Assembly: GCF_009914755.1 (NCBI RefSeq)
Contig: NC_060932.1
DNA: 64,000 bases
Reading direction: 5' to 3' (one strand)
From: the human T2T-CHM13v2.0 reference genome, Homo sapiens
The notes beneath the pieces were generated by a model that saw only the letters and a list, made by a program, of their open reading frames with translations, was not told the DNA's origin and searched no databases. Made by a program: the position numbers and the translations under genes. Numbering within the stretch: position 1 is the stretch's first letter; each line of letters opens with the position of its first letter. Positions 31,408 to 46,216 of this stretch are shown here, one piece after another.

Positions 31408-31800
31408 AAAAAAACAAAAGTATTGTAATAAAACTCAACTTGAGGAAGTTACTCACCCAGACAGGGACCGGTCTTATAACAGCATAATGAGATCAAGGAT
31501 TGGCTGTAAATAGAAGTGTGGAAAGACGGCAGCTTCTTCAGATATACTTCTGAAAGTCAAATATGCTCATGGTAAAACGTGAACATCTCCACAAATCCCT
31601 TACCACAGAGGTAAACACAGTTGCTTTATACAGCATTCCAGAAATTTTCTAGTGAGCACTCATTAGACAGGTGCTGAAGCATTGTCAGAAGTTGCGGTAA
31701 TCTCTGGCAAAGTCCCAGAATGCTGCAATTTTGTGATACTGTCGATGACCTTTTCTTTGTTTTTGTGAAGAGAATGTGTATATTACACATAGTCATATGA

Positions 31801-32096
<296 letters not shown>

Positions 32097-32182
32097 TATG
32101 ACTTTTAATTCTTGTGTCCAAAGATGGTGAGACATGTGTGGTAAGATACCCAAACTGACCAGCTGTAGCAATGGCTGCATAA

Positions 32183-32635
<453 letters not shown>

Positions 32636-32930
32636 TTCTTTTTTATTTTCTTATTTTTGAGAAAGGATCTCACTCTGTCAACCAAGCTGGAGTGCAGAGG
32701 TGCCATGATGGCTCAACCGCAGCCTCGACCTCCTGGGCTCAGTTGATCTTCCCAAGTAGCAGGGAATGGAGTCATGTGCCACCATGCCCAGCTACTTTTT
32801 GTATTTTTTTTATAGAGATGGGATTTCACCATGTTGCTCAGGCTGGTGGCCAACTTCTTAGCTCAAGTTATCTGCCCACCTCGGCCTTCCAAAGTGCTGG
32901 GATTACAGGCATGAGCCACTGCACCTGGCC
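32636..32930 (-). mobile_element. Alu (J-type)
   Basis: gcagcctcgacctcctgggctca; outer flanks ctggactctcctct / ctggactgtcttct enclose both Alus. Confidence 0.93.
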
Positions 32931-32988
32931 CTGGACTGTCTTCTTAATGCCCCAGAAGGTGACTAGCAGAATAGAAATGTTCTTATGC

Positions 32989-33520
<532 letters not shown>

Positions 33521-34630
33521 TTATTCTAGTTCACACACAAACAAGTTGTCCTGTAATTCTGCTGTGGGCCTCCTCATATTAGGAAGAAATTAAGAAAAAT
33601 ATAGTACCACCAGTTTGTTATGCAACCACTTCGAAAATGTTTACTTTGCTTAAAATGTCATGGCTAAAGAAACTACTCGTCTGCATAATCCACTCTTGAC
33701 AGTGATTCATAACTGTGTGACATTTGGGCTTGGTCAGGCTTTACTCCAGTCAGATTGAGTCTTTCCTTAAAAAGGGGATATATTTTCAATTTCAGAGTAT
33801 TTACTGCTTCATGACAAATATTAATAACAAGTCTGTGGCTTCGAGGCCTCATACCTTTGAGACTACCACAGTCTACTTAGCATTTTTTTTTTTTTTTACT
33901 TAGACCTTTTGAATTTGCTTTTAATTTATACCCCTGGCCTTGTTCTCTTGACCAAATAAAAGCCCTAAGAGAGCTTCCACTGCCAGCAGCCTTCCAATTT
34001 GCTCTGTTCCCCCTTGGGCCCTGTTGATTGGGCCCAGTGATCACCTAAAAAGAGTGCAAAGAGTCAGGAAGGCTTGTGGGTTCAGTCTTTCTGTGCTAAC
34101 ACCAGGCCACATCCAGGCCTGATGTACTAACTGATCTCCAGTTCATTCCTTTTGCAATTTTTGGCCTTGATTCATAGTTCCTGATTCTTGATTGGCTCTG
34201 AAATCCTCCCCATTTTCAAAAGGGATGCAGTCAAGCAGGCCAAAGCGCTCCATGTTAGCTAACAAATGTTTGCAAATCATAATAATGTAGGAAGAGAACC
34301 ATAAACTAAATGAACAACAGGCATTAGCCCTCATGCTGTCACATAAGCATTCCTCAAAATATAATCATGCTTCTAAACATGGGCTGGCAATTCAGGAAAG
34401 GGCCACTGAAAATATTAGCCTCGTTCTTTTCTCTGTAGAGTGAGCACAGACTATTCCTAAACCACATTGCAGTATGCCAACATTGTAAATTAATGCCTGA
34501 TTGGTTACCTAAAAGTAAGACAATCTTACTTTTAGGCATCTAGAACACTGAGAAATCCAGGATGGACACTTAACATTACCAAAGATTGATCTATTTTGGG
34601 TAAGTATACTTCTGATCTCTTTTTGAGGAC

Positions 34631-34993
34631 TGTATTAGTCCATTTTCACACTGCTATAAAGAACTGCCTGAGGCTGGGTAAATTATAAAGGAAAGAGGTT
34701 TCATTGACTCAGAGTTCTGCATGGCTGGGGAGGCCTCAGGAAACTTAACAGTTATGGCAGAAGGCAAGGGAGAAGCAGGTACCTTCTTTACAAGGCGGCA
34801 GAAGAGACAGAGAGGGCAGGGGAAACTGCCATTTTTAAGCTATCAGATCTTGTCAGAACTCCGTCACTATCACGAGAAGAGCATGAGGGAAACTGCCCCC
34901 ATGACCCAATCACCTCCCACCATCCCCCGCTCAACACGTGGGGATGACAATTCAAGATGGAATTGTGTGGGGACACAGAGCCAAACCATATCA
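34631..34993 (-). mobile_element. THE1D/MSTA-type MaLR solo LTR
   Basis: tgtattagtcc...gccaaaccatatca; TSD aggac/agtac (4 of 5 match). Confidence 0.92.
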
Positions 34994-35206
34994 AGTACCT
35001 ACAAAATTATGGTGACTCTTCACTAATTTGCAAACTGATTATCTGCAAATCTTAAATAGGGAATAAAACACAAAAATATCATTATCCCTCCAGAACTGAG
35101 GACGCAAATTGGATTTAGAAGACTTAGCTTTGACACCTAGATATGTTTTCATTGATTTGACCTAACTTGATCTCAGTTTCTCTTTTATAGAGTTAGTTCT
35201 TTAGAT

Positions 35207-35497
35207 CAGAGGTCCCCAACCACAGGACTGCGGACTGCCACTGGTCTTTGGCCTGTCAGGCACCCGGCCACACAGCTGGAGGTGAGTGGCATCAAGCAAG
35301 CATTACCACCTGAGCTCCAACTCTAGTCAGATCAATGGTGGCATTACATTCTCATAGGAGTGTGAACCCTATTGTGAACTGCACATACAAGGGATCTAGG
35401 TAACATGCTCCTTATGAAAATCTAACTAATGCCTGATGATCTGAGCTGAAACAGTTTAGGCCAAAACCATCCCTCCTGCACCCCATTTTGTCTTCCA
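35207..35497 (+). mobile_element. MER1B-type hAT-Charlie element, 3' TIR missing
   Basis: cagaggtccccaacc, ttctcataggagtgtgaaccctattgtgaactgc, gctccttatgaaaatctaactaatgcctgatgatctgag. Confidence 0.88.
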
Positions 35498-36031
35498 AGA
35501 CAAAAGATTATTCAAGGTTACTATGAACACCTTTACGTGGACAAACTAGAAAACCTAGAGGAGATGGATAAATTCCTGGAAATATACAACCCTCCTATAT
35601 TAAACCACAAATAAAAATAAATCAGAAACTGAGCAGAACAATAACAAGTAGTGAGGCTGAAACAGTAATAAGAAAAATTGCCAAGAAAAAATAATCGAGG
35701 ACCAGATGGATTCACAGCTGAATTCTATCAGACATTCAAAGAAGAACTGGTACCAATGCTATTGAAACTATTCCAAAAGATGGAATAAAGCCAGTATTAC
35801 CCTAATACCAAACCCAGGAAAGGACATAACAAAAAAAGAAGACTACAGACCAATATCCCTGATGAAGATAGATGCAAAAATCCTCAACAAAAGGATTCTC
35901 AACAAAATACTAGCTAACCAAATACAATAGCATATCAAAAAGATAATACACCATGATCAAGTTGGTTTCATACCAGGAACACAGGGATGGTTTAACACAT
36001 ACAGGTCAATAAATGTGATATACACCACATA
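35498..36031 (+). mobile_element. L1PB/PA-type internal ORF2 (Z/RT region) fragment
   Basis: aaactagaaaacctagaggagatggataaattcctgga, ggaccagatggattcacagctgaattcta, ctacagaccaatatccctgatgaa. Confidence 0.92.
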
Positions 36032-36329
36032 TGGTTGTCTTATGAAAGTTTTTGTCAAGTAGATGCCTCAGGAAGTGCTCATGGAAACAATATTCCCTGA
36101 ATTTTTGCACAGTGATTACATTTTGTATGCTGCCTTTATCTTGGAAAGCTACTGACTCACATTTTCTTTCATTGAATATCTTAAATATGTTACTCCATTT
36201 TTCTTCTATCTAAATCATTGCTGTTAAAAAAAATTTGATGGCAAATCTGATTTTTTTTTCCTTTATAAGTGGATTTTTTTTGCCTAGAAGCCCAAAATAA
36301 TTTTTTCCCCTTTAAAATGTGTAATTTTG

Positions 36330-36430
36330 GTGGGATGATCACTTGAGCTCAGGAGGTCAAGGCTACAGTGAGCTGTGATCACACCACTGCACTTCAGCCT
36401 GGGGGTCAGAGAGAGACACTGTCCTGAAAA
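36330..36430 (+). mobile_element. Partial Alu right arm (J/FRAM-like)
   Basis: gatcacttgagctcaggaggtcaaggctacagtgagc. Confidence 0.85.
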
Positions 36431-36795
36431 ATATATTTTTTTAGCTACTAATTTCATTATAATAAGTTATGGTGTTACTAGTCCTGGGTCAGTTTTTCCA
36501 GGTATGTAGTATAACCTTTCACTACGTAGCTTCAAATACATATATTGTTAATTTGAAGAAAATGTTCTTCATTATAGTTTTTTGGTAGTCCTTCTGTGCC
36601 TTGCTTTGGTTTTTCTTCTTGAGAAACTCTTGTTAAACATATTTTTGTATATCTTTTTTGCCTGTCTCTAAGTTTGTTTCTTTCTCTCAAGCCCTTTTTA
36701 TTACTTTCCTTCAATTAAAAAAAAATTTTTCTCTTTCATCTTCTCTTCTTAAGGTATTCTCTGTGTTTATTTATTCTTCCATTACTTTCAGTTTA

Positions 36796-36949
36796 GTTTT
36801 TTTTTTTTTTTTTTTAAGAGATGGGGTCTCACTTGTTGCTTAGGCTGGTCTTGAACTATTGGGTTCTTGAACTACTGGGTTCAAAGGATCCTCCCGCCTC
36901 AGCCTCTCAAAGTGCTGGGGTTACAGGCATGAGCCACTGCACCCAGCCT
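36796..36949 (-). mobile_element. Free left Alu monomer (FLAM-like) with internal 16-bp duplication
   Basis: Left arm only; cttgaactattgggtt cttgaactactgggtt. Confidence 0.85.
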
Positions 36950-37078
36950 AGTCTCTGTTTTTGACTAGTGTTTCTACGTCTTTTTCCTTGGCCTAGTGTC
37001 TGTTTTTGACTATTGTTTCTACGTCTTTTTCCTTGGCCTAGTCTCTGTTTTTGACTATTGTTTCTACATCTTTTTCCT
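36950..37078. repeat. 45-bp minisatellite, ~2.9 copies
   Basis: Unit agtctctgtttttgacta(g/t)tgtttctacgtctttttccttggcct at 36950, 36995, 37040. Confidence 0.95.
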
Positions 37079-37457
37079 AAGTATATCTATCACCTCATTT
37101 CTGATATTTCCCAATTCTCATTTTTCTTGTTTTTTCCATATCTTGGATGATTTCTTTAATGTCTTCTAGCACACATTGAAATAATAAGTCATGGTTTGCA
37201 TCTGCTCTGTAGGTATGTCTTTTTAGCATCTTTGGCATTGTCTGTAGGGATGTTTTTCAGTTTCTTCTCTTTTTTTCCTGACAGTAATTTTGTATGAGAT
37301 TTAATCTTGGTATTTTTTTGCTCATTTAAAAAAATATGAAATAATTTTCTTAAACTTTCAGGAGGAGGTAGGATTTGGGAAAGCATTTCCAATTTCACAA
37401 CCTGATCGCTCTCTTTTTTTGTTGTATTTGTGTGGTGGTTAAAACTATCGGGGCTTA

Positions 37458-37787
37458 CTTTTTTTTTTTTTTTTTTTTGTTTGACAGATCTCGCTCTGTC
37501 GCCCAGGCTGGAATGCAGTGGCGTGATCTCGGCTCACTGCAAGCTCTGCCTCCCAGGTTCACGCCATTCTGCCTCAGCCTCCTGAGTAGCTGGGACTACA
37601 GGTGCCCACCACCACGCCCGGCTAATTTTTTGCGCCCACTACCACGCCCGCCTAATTTTTTGTATTTTTAGTGGAAACGGGGTTTCACCTGTGTTAGCCA
37701 GGATGGTCTCGATCTCCTGACCTTGTGATCCGCCCGCCTCAGCCTCCCAAAGTGCTGGGATTACAGGCGTGAGCCACCACGCCCGGC
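37458..37787 (-). mobile_element. Alu (Y-like) with internal ~29-bp tandem duplication
   Basis: gcaagctctgcc, ttcacgccattc, gttagccaggatggtctcgatc. Confidence 0.95.
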
Positions 37788-38494
37788 AATCGCGGCTTAT
37801 TTTCTGAGATGGTCAGACTCTGTTTTCTTTCCTTCCTTTCATCTGGACCCCGTCTTTCCTTGGTCTCTATCGTCCCAGTTCCGTACAATGAGCATTCTTT
37901 TCCAAGAAGTTTCTTCTCTGTGCAGTGCTTGTCCAGGAGTGGAAATTTGGGTGGTTAGTTTTGAACATTCATTGTGCCCGTCAGACACTTTGCATTCCCC
38001 TGACTTTGGAGTGTGCAAAACTTTTTCCAGTTTCAGCTGCTGTTCCCAAGTGGAACCTCCAAGCTTTCCAGCAATTGCCTGCTTGCTATTTTGAGATTAT
38101 CAGATTTATCAGAGTCTCATGAATTCCCTCCACTTTCTATTATACAGTTGCTGATACCACCTAGCCCTTGTATCTGTCTATGGCTTTCCTCAATTCCTTA
38201 TGTTCTAGGGTTCGTGGAGACACTTCATCACCTAATTTTGTTATAGATGTTGTCCACGGGTTTTTTATTTTATCTTTTCTCCTTTGTCTATATTTGTGGC
38301 AGAATTTTAAGGTTAAAAAATGATGACCCCCGGATACAGGTGACCATTGTAAGGGTACAAGGAAAATATCCCCTTTGTCCTCTGAAGATTTGCTTAAAAA
38401 TCAACTCATAAAAGTCAGATTAATTGGAGTAAAGGTATATAAATTTTATTAACGTGTACATGAGAGCCTTTAGAATAAAGACCCAAAGATATAG

Positions 38495-38800
<306 letters not shown>

Positions 38801-38951
38801 TGGAAATTATTTTTATGTTTAGGTTCAATAAAGTATGGACAACCATGTAGAAATGTAACTGGACAAAAAGGGTACCATCTAATGTTAATAGACAAAGTAG
38901 GGAAACCCAGGAAGGCCTGGGTTAAACAGTAAGCTTAGATAGTAAGACCTG

Positions 38952-39293
38952 TGTATTAGTCTGTTCTCATGCTGCTAATAAAAACATACCCGAGACTGAG
39001 AAATTTGTAAGGAAAGAGGTTTAATGGACTCACAGTTTCACATGGCTGGGGAGGCCTCACAATCATGGCAGAAGGCAAAAGAGAAGCAAAGGCATGTCTT
39101 ACATGGCAGCAGGCAAGAGAGGTTGTGCAGGGGAACTCCCATTTATAAAACCAAGTTTTATTCACTACTGCAAAAACAGTATGGGGAAACTGCCCCCATG
39201 ATTCAATTATATCAACCTGGCCCCACTCTTGACACGTGGGGATTGTTACAATTCAAGGTGAGATGTGGGTGAGGACACAGCCAGCCCGTATCA
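38952..39293 (-). mobile_element. THE1 (C/B-like) MaLR solo LTR
   Basis: tgtattagtctgttctcatgctgctaataaa, caggggaactcccatttataaaacca, ggccccactcttgacacgtgggg. Confidence 0.92.
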
Positions 39294-40069
39294 GCCCATG
39301 TGTCTCTCTGAGTATGTATGTTTTTCTTTTGCATGTAGGGCAGGACCCTTTCTAGAATGGGGATCGTATGGCCTATAATTAAATAAGGTAGCTCAGATAA
39401 TTTTTTTATGACCAGGTTTTACACAGAAAGGTGCAGGGAAAATTAGAGTAATATTTTTAGGTTTTTTATGGCTGGCTTTGGGGCAAAGAGGTTCTCATTT
39501 GTATGACCCGCCTTGGGGAAGAGGGATTCTAGTTTCTATGGCAAGCCTTGAAGCAGAAAGGGACCTTAGTCTTAGACCAGTCTTAGTCTTAGACAAGAAG
39601 ACATGAGAAAATTAGAAAAAAAAGTTTTACTTCTAAGACTATTTTGGAGGCCTTTATTTTGGGGGTGTGTTTTGAGTCCAAACACCATCAGATAGATCTT
39701 GGTAGCCACCAGCTATATATGGTGAGTACTCCTTGACAGCACCAAGCATGAAATGCTCAAACAGGTTGGCAGAAGTCCCTGTGAATGCTCAGAGGGTGCC
39801 ATAGAGAGGAAAAAAGAGCAGAAGGCAACCAGCTTTTATCTGAGATCTATGTGCCAGATATTTTGCTAGTAGCTTCCACATATATTATTTGATTTGATTT
39901 AATCTAATAATCACCCCCATCTTCTGAAGTAGAATCTTCAGGTCTTCCTAAGTCCTATGCTCATTCAACATGGAATTGTGAGAAACTTAATCTCCCTGAT
40001 GGAATAGGAATCAGTTAAAGTGTGACAGAGTAGAGGCACCTGAGTCAGCACTAATGAACCTTGTGAAGT

Positions 40070-40422
40070 CCTTTAGTGTTTGTCAAAACTACTGTAAAGA
40101 TACTACCTGAGACTAGGTAATTTATAAAGGAAAGAGGTTTAATTGACTCACAGTTCTGCATGGCTGCTGAGGCCTCAGGAAACTTACAATCACTGTGGAA
40201 GGGGAAGCAGGCATGTCTTACATGGCGGCAGGCAAGAGAGAAGTAAGTGCAACCAGGGGAAATGCCATCATATCTCATGAGAGCTCACTCACTCTCATGA
40301 GAACAGCTTTGAGGAAACCACCTCCATGAGCCGATCACCTCCCACCAGGTTCTTCCCTTAACACCTGGGGATGACAATTCAAGATGAGATTTAGGTGGGG
40401 ACACAAAAGCCTAACCACATCA
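40070..40422 (-). mobile_element. THE1D/MSTA-type MaLR LTR
   Basis: aaagatactacctgagactaggtaatttataaaggaaagagg, ggcctcaggaaacttacaatc, gcctaaccacatca. Confidence 0.88.
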
Positions 40423-40494
40423 ATATTCATCATGGATTCAAAGATTTCTTGATTAAAATTACGAGATATTAAGATTAATTATGATGATTATAAA

Positions 40495-40900
40495 AATAAT
40501 ACCAAACCTTGATTATGTACCATGCACGATTTTAGTCATTTTACACTTTACATGTATTAATTGTTTAAATATTCATAACAATTCTATTAGGTAGATATTA
40601 TTATTGCATTCTTCTTCTTTTTCTTTTTTAAGAGACAGGTATTGCTATGTTGCCCAGGCTGCTGCTGGCCTCAAAGCCCTGGACTCATGTGATCCTCCCA
40701 CCTTGGCCTTCTGAGTAGCTGGGACTATAGTCATGTGCCATGGTGCCCAGCAGGTAGATACTATTATATTCATTTTATAAGTGATGAAGTTGAAACCCAG
40801 TCTAGTTATAAATATGCCCAGTGTCACGAAGCTAATAAATAACAGGATTAGGATTGAAATCCAGGTCAGTCTGACCTTGAACCACCAAATACACTGCCTT
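40495..40900 (-). mobile_element. MIR interrupted by a FLAM_A-like monomer (40610-40751)
   Basis: MIR core cattttataagtgatgaagttgaaaccc, gcccagtgtcacgaagcta; monomer flanked by aggtagata(t/c)tatta TSD. Confidence 0.75.
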
Positions 40901-41058
40901 CTTATAACTCAGCTCTTTGGAGTTCTACATTTGATTTACTTTTGTGTTTCAACCCCAGATGTATAGTTCAAAAATAATACATAACTTTAAAAATAAAGAT
41001 AATTTTTAATGAAAAGAACCAGAATTAATTGTATAATCTGTTGTTAGAAAAATCTTTT

Positions 41059-41490
<432 letters not shown>

Positions 41491-41650
41491 TTACATGTTA
41501 CATGGTTGCATACTTAAAATGTCAGCAGAATCAAACAAAAAATAGTTATACACAACTAGAAGACAGAATTTACCGTATCAATAATACATTAAATAACCCA
41601 GCAATAAAATTAACTTGAAACAGATGTGTTTCTTAAAAAAATTGATTGAA

Positions 41651-42763
41651 GGGACAGAAAGATTTCCTGACAAAGATGCCAAAAGCAATTGCAACAAAAG
41701 CAAAAATTGACAAACGGTATCTAATTAAACTAAAGCACTTCTACACAGAAAAAGAAACTATCATCAGAGTGAACAGACAACCTACGGAATGGGAGAAAAA
41801 TTTTGCAATCTATTCATCTGACAAGGTCTAATATCCAGAGTCTACAAGGAATTTAAACAATTTACAAGAAAAAAATGAACAATCACATTAAAAAGTGTGC
41901 AAAGGACATGAACAGACACTTCTCAGAAGACATACATGTGGCCAACAAACATAAGAAAGAACTGATTATTAGAGAAATGCAAATTAAAACCACAATGAGA
42001 CACCATCTCACACCAGTCAGAATGGCTATTATTAAAAAGTCAAAAAACAACAGATGCTGGAGAGGATATGGAGAAATAGGAAGGCTTTTACACTGTTAGT
42101 TGGAGTGTAAATTAGTTCAACCACTGTGGAAGACAGTGTGGTGATTCCTCAAAGACTTAAAGGCAGAAATACCATTTGATTCAGCAATCCTATTATTGGG
42201 TATATACCCAGAGGAATAGAAATTATTCTTTTACAAAGATACGTGCACGTGTAAAAATAAATAAAAAGATACGTGTACACGTATGTTCATTGTGGCACTA
42301 TTCACGATAGCAAAGACATAGAATCAACCTGGACGCCCATCAACAACAGACTGGATAAAGGGAATGTGGTATATATACACCATGGAGTGCTATGCAACCA
42401 TAAAAAGGAATGAGAACATGTCCTTTGCAGGGACATGAATGGAGGTGGAAGCAATTATCCTCAGCAAACTAACACAGGAACAGAAAGCCAGTCACCGCAT
42501 GTTCTCACTTATAAGGGGGAGCTGAACCACGAGAACACATAGACACATGGACGGTAACAACACACACGGGCCTCTCCAAGAAGGTGGGATGGTGGGAGGG
42601 AGAACATCAGGAAGAATAGCTAATGGATGCTGGGCTTAATACCTAAGGGATGGGTTGATCTGTGCAGGTCTGTGTAGCAAACTACCACGGCACACATTTA
42701 CTTATATAACAAACGTGCACATCCTGCAAAGGTATTCAGAACTTAAAAGTTGAAGAAAAATAA
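41651..42763 (+). mobile_element. 5'-truncated primate L1PA (intermediate age): ORF2 C-terminus and 3' UTR
   Basis: Peptides [27 protein letters not shown] and [34 protein letters not shown] match L1 ORF2p; flanks attgattgaa / gttgattaaa. Confidence 0.95.
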
Positions 42764-43225
42764 GTTGATTAAATTCTAATAAAAAAAGGTAAACATACCT
42801 AAATATGCTACATTCTTTTTTAGAGAGATTAAATAAGACATCAATTAAAAATGTTTAATATATAAATTTATTGCAGTTATAAATTCCTGTGAGAACCAAT
42901 AGTGAAAAATAAATGGATGACATTATCAAAACATTTTCATTGGGAATAAGGATGAACTCAGCAAACTTGGAAAACTGAACACACTGCAACAATGATCAAA
43001 ATCTTATGGCCTTTGGTTATTACAGTCGGAAAAAAGAATCCAACCTATAGGGCAAGGGAAAACCACATAATAAATTGTCTTCCAAATAGTTGGCTAACAG
43101 GCTGGAAAAAAAATCATGTTAGATACGTAAATACACGGAAACAAACAGTATAATAAATTCCAGCTGTATCAAAAAGTAAAAGCCCTTTTTAAAAAATGGA
43201 AGAGTGGTTTATCTATTTCCTATGA

Positions 43226-43455
<230 letters not shown>

Positions 43456-43818
43456 AGAACATGCATTTCTAATCACTGCAGAAAACAAAGGTTGTTACCG
43501 GAAGCAGGGGTGATTAATTGAGCAGATTTAAATTTTTTAACTTTCATGCAACAAAATGTAAAATAAAAATGCTATAAAGAAAACTTTCCAGTATAGAATA
43601 GATATATTACAAATATAACGTGATAATAGCTTTCTCCCAAAATATATGAAAAAATAAATGATTATGTAAGTCAATAACCACTTTCCACTTGATGAATGGA
43701 CAGTTTGCAGTTAGGAACATTTAGACTACATCATTGTGTTTTTAAAAATCAGTTTTATTAAAAAATGAAAATAAAGGTTAATTAAACTCACATGAAGACT
43801 CTCTTACAGATGCATTAA

Positions 43819-44220
<402 letters not shown>

Positions 44221-44553
44221 TAATGGTAGAAATGTAAAATGGTTACATATTTCTGGGGGGTAATCTATAACATGCTCTTTGACCTATTACCCGTTCCTTC
44301 CCCTGAGAAAGGAAAACTAACTTATAAAGCAATTTTCATTGCAGCCTTACCTATAATGGGGAAAATTAGCTTCAGTTCAAATGCCCAATAGTATTAACAT
44401 GTTTAAGTAAACCATGGTGTATTACCATATACAAATTAAAATGACAAGTAAATGCAGGATGTAATACATAGATATGTTTATGTGAAACAAGGTGAAGTAA
44501 ACAACTTGAACCCATGATAACTTTATACAATTATATAGACATATATAAATGTA

Positions 44554-44824
44554 GGCCAGGTGCAGTGGCTCACACCTGTAATCCCAGCACTTTGGGAGGC
44601 CAAGGCAGGTGAATTGCTTGAGTCCAGTAGTTCCAGACCAGCCTGGGCAACATGGTGAAACCCTGTCTCTGCAAAAAATACAAACAAAATTAGCCAGGTG
44701 TGGTGGCACAAGCCTGTGGTCTCAGCTACGTGGGAGGCTGAGGCAGGAGGATCGACTGAGGTTGAGGCTGCAGTGAGCCATGATCACACCACTGCACTCT
44801 AGTCTGGGCTACTGAGTAAGACCC
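44554..44824 (+). mobile_element. Alu (J-type), tail-less
   Basis: Dimer ends gagtaagaccc; flanks agacatatat / agacatttat. Confidence 0.92.
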
Positions 44825-44857
44825 AGACATTTATATTGCTTTTTCCAGGTATGTTTT

Positions 44858-45852
44858 TTATATACACATATATATATTACATATGTTATATAATGTACAT
44901 AATGTATATTACATATGTTATATAATGTACATAATGTATATTACATATGTTATATAATGTACATAATGTATATTACATATGTTATATAATGTACATAATG
45001 TATATTACATATGTTATATAATGTACATAATGTATATTACATATGTTATATAATGTACATAATGTATATTACATATGTTATATAATGTACATAATGTATA
45101 TTATATGTTATATACGTATATTAATATGTATATACATATTAATATACATATTAATATATGTATATTTATATGTATATGTATATAGACATAATGTATATTA
45201 TATATGTATATACATATGTATACATGTTTATTATATACGTATGTTATATAACATATATAATATACGTATGTTATATAACATATATAATATACGTATGTTA
45301 TATAACATATATAATATACGTATGTTATATAACATATATAATATACGTATGTTATATAACATATACGTATGTTATATAACATATATAATATACGTATGTT
45401 ATATAACATATAATATACGTATGTTATATAACATATATAATATATGTATGTTATATAACATATAATATACATATGTTATATAACATATATAATATACGTA
45501 TGTTATATAACATATATAATATACGTATGTTATATAACATAATATACGTGTTATATAACATATATAATATACGTATGTTATATATGTATATATGTACACA
45601 TATGTTTATATGTATACATATATGTATATGTACACATATGTTTATATGTATACATATATGTATATGTACACATATGTTTATATGTATACATATATGTATA
45701 TGTACACATATGTTTATATGTATACATATATGTATATGTACACATATGTTTATATGTATACATATATGTATATGTACACATATGTTTATATGTATACATA
45801 TATGTATATGTATAGATCTACACACATATACATATATATGTGTATATATATA
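44858..45852. repeat. Compound AT-rich tandem repeat: 32-bp, 27-bp and 36-bp arrays
   Basis: 32-mer tatattacatatgttatataatgtacataatg (~44873-45110); 27-mer tacgtatgttatataacatatataata (~45236-45580); 36-mer atatgtacacatatgtttatatgtatacatatatgt (~45590-45812). Confidence 0.97.
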
Positions 45853-46107
45853 TGACAGCATCAGTCTTAATAGCTTAAATGATTTCTATTTGCTAATTGC
45901 TTTAATTGACCTCCAAATTCTGGTCCTTACATCTCATGTCTACATCTCCATTCATTTCTCTAGTATGAAAAAAAAGGAAAAAACTGAAAATCTCAAGAGG
46001 ATTCCAGGAAATCAAAACAATGAATTATTGAATCAAGAATTTGAAAGAGAAAATAGATGCATACTGAAAAAAGAATTTTGTTTAGTGAGATAGATGTAAT
46101 AATGAAG

Positions 46108-46216
46108 GCATGTTGATAACGGGGGAGCTATGTATATATGAGGGGAGGGATATATTGGAAATCTCTGTATCTTCCTCTCAATCTTGCTGTGATCCTAAAA
46201 CTGCTCTAAAAAATAT
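46108..46216 (+). mobile_element. Short L1MC/MD-type 3' terminal fragment
   Basis: atgttgataacgggggagct, ggaaatctctgta, cctaaaactgctctaaaaaata. Confidence 0.7.

Larger units (their letters stand above)
36050..38300 (-). mobile_element. HAL1 / old L1 ORF1-like relic interrupted by Alus; right boundary approximate
   Basis: cctcaggaagtgctcatggaaacaatattccctga and T-rich antisense ORF1-like sequence; 36532-36714 peptide resembles L1 ORF1 (KLRDRQKR..ICLTRVSQEE). Confidence 0.6.

Noticed and set aside
41646-42099. ORFs with clear L1 ORF2p similarity
   Set aside because: Broken fragments of a 5'-truncated L1PA, not a functional gene.
45043-46093. Repetitive Y/I/C/H/M-rich ORFs; superficially CRISPR-like periodicity
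   Set aside because: They are readouts of head-to-tail AT-rich tandem repeats. There are no unique spacers or cas genes, and the context is eukaryotic.
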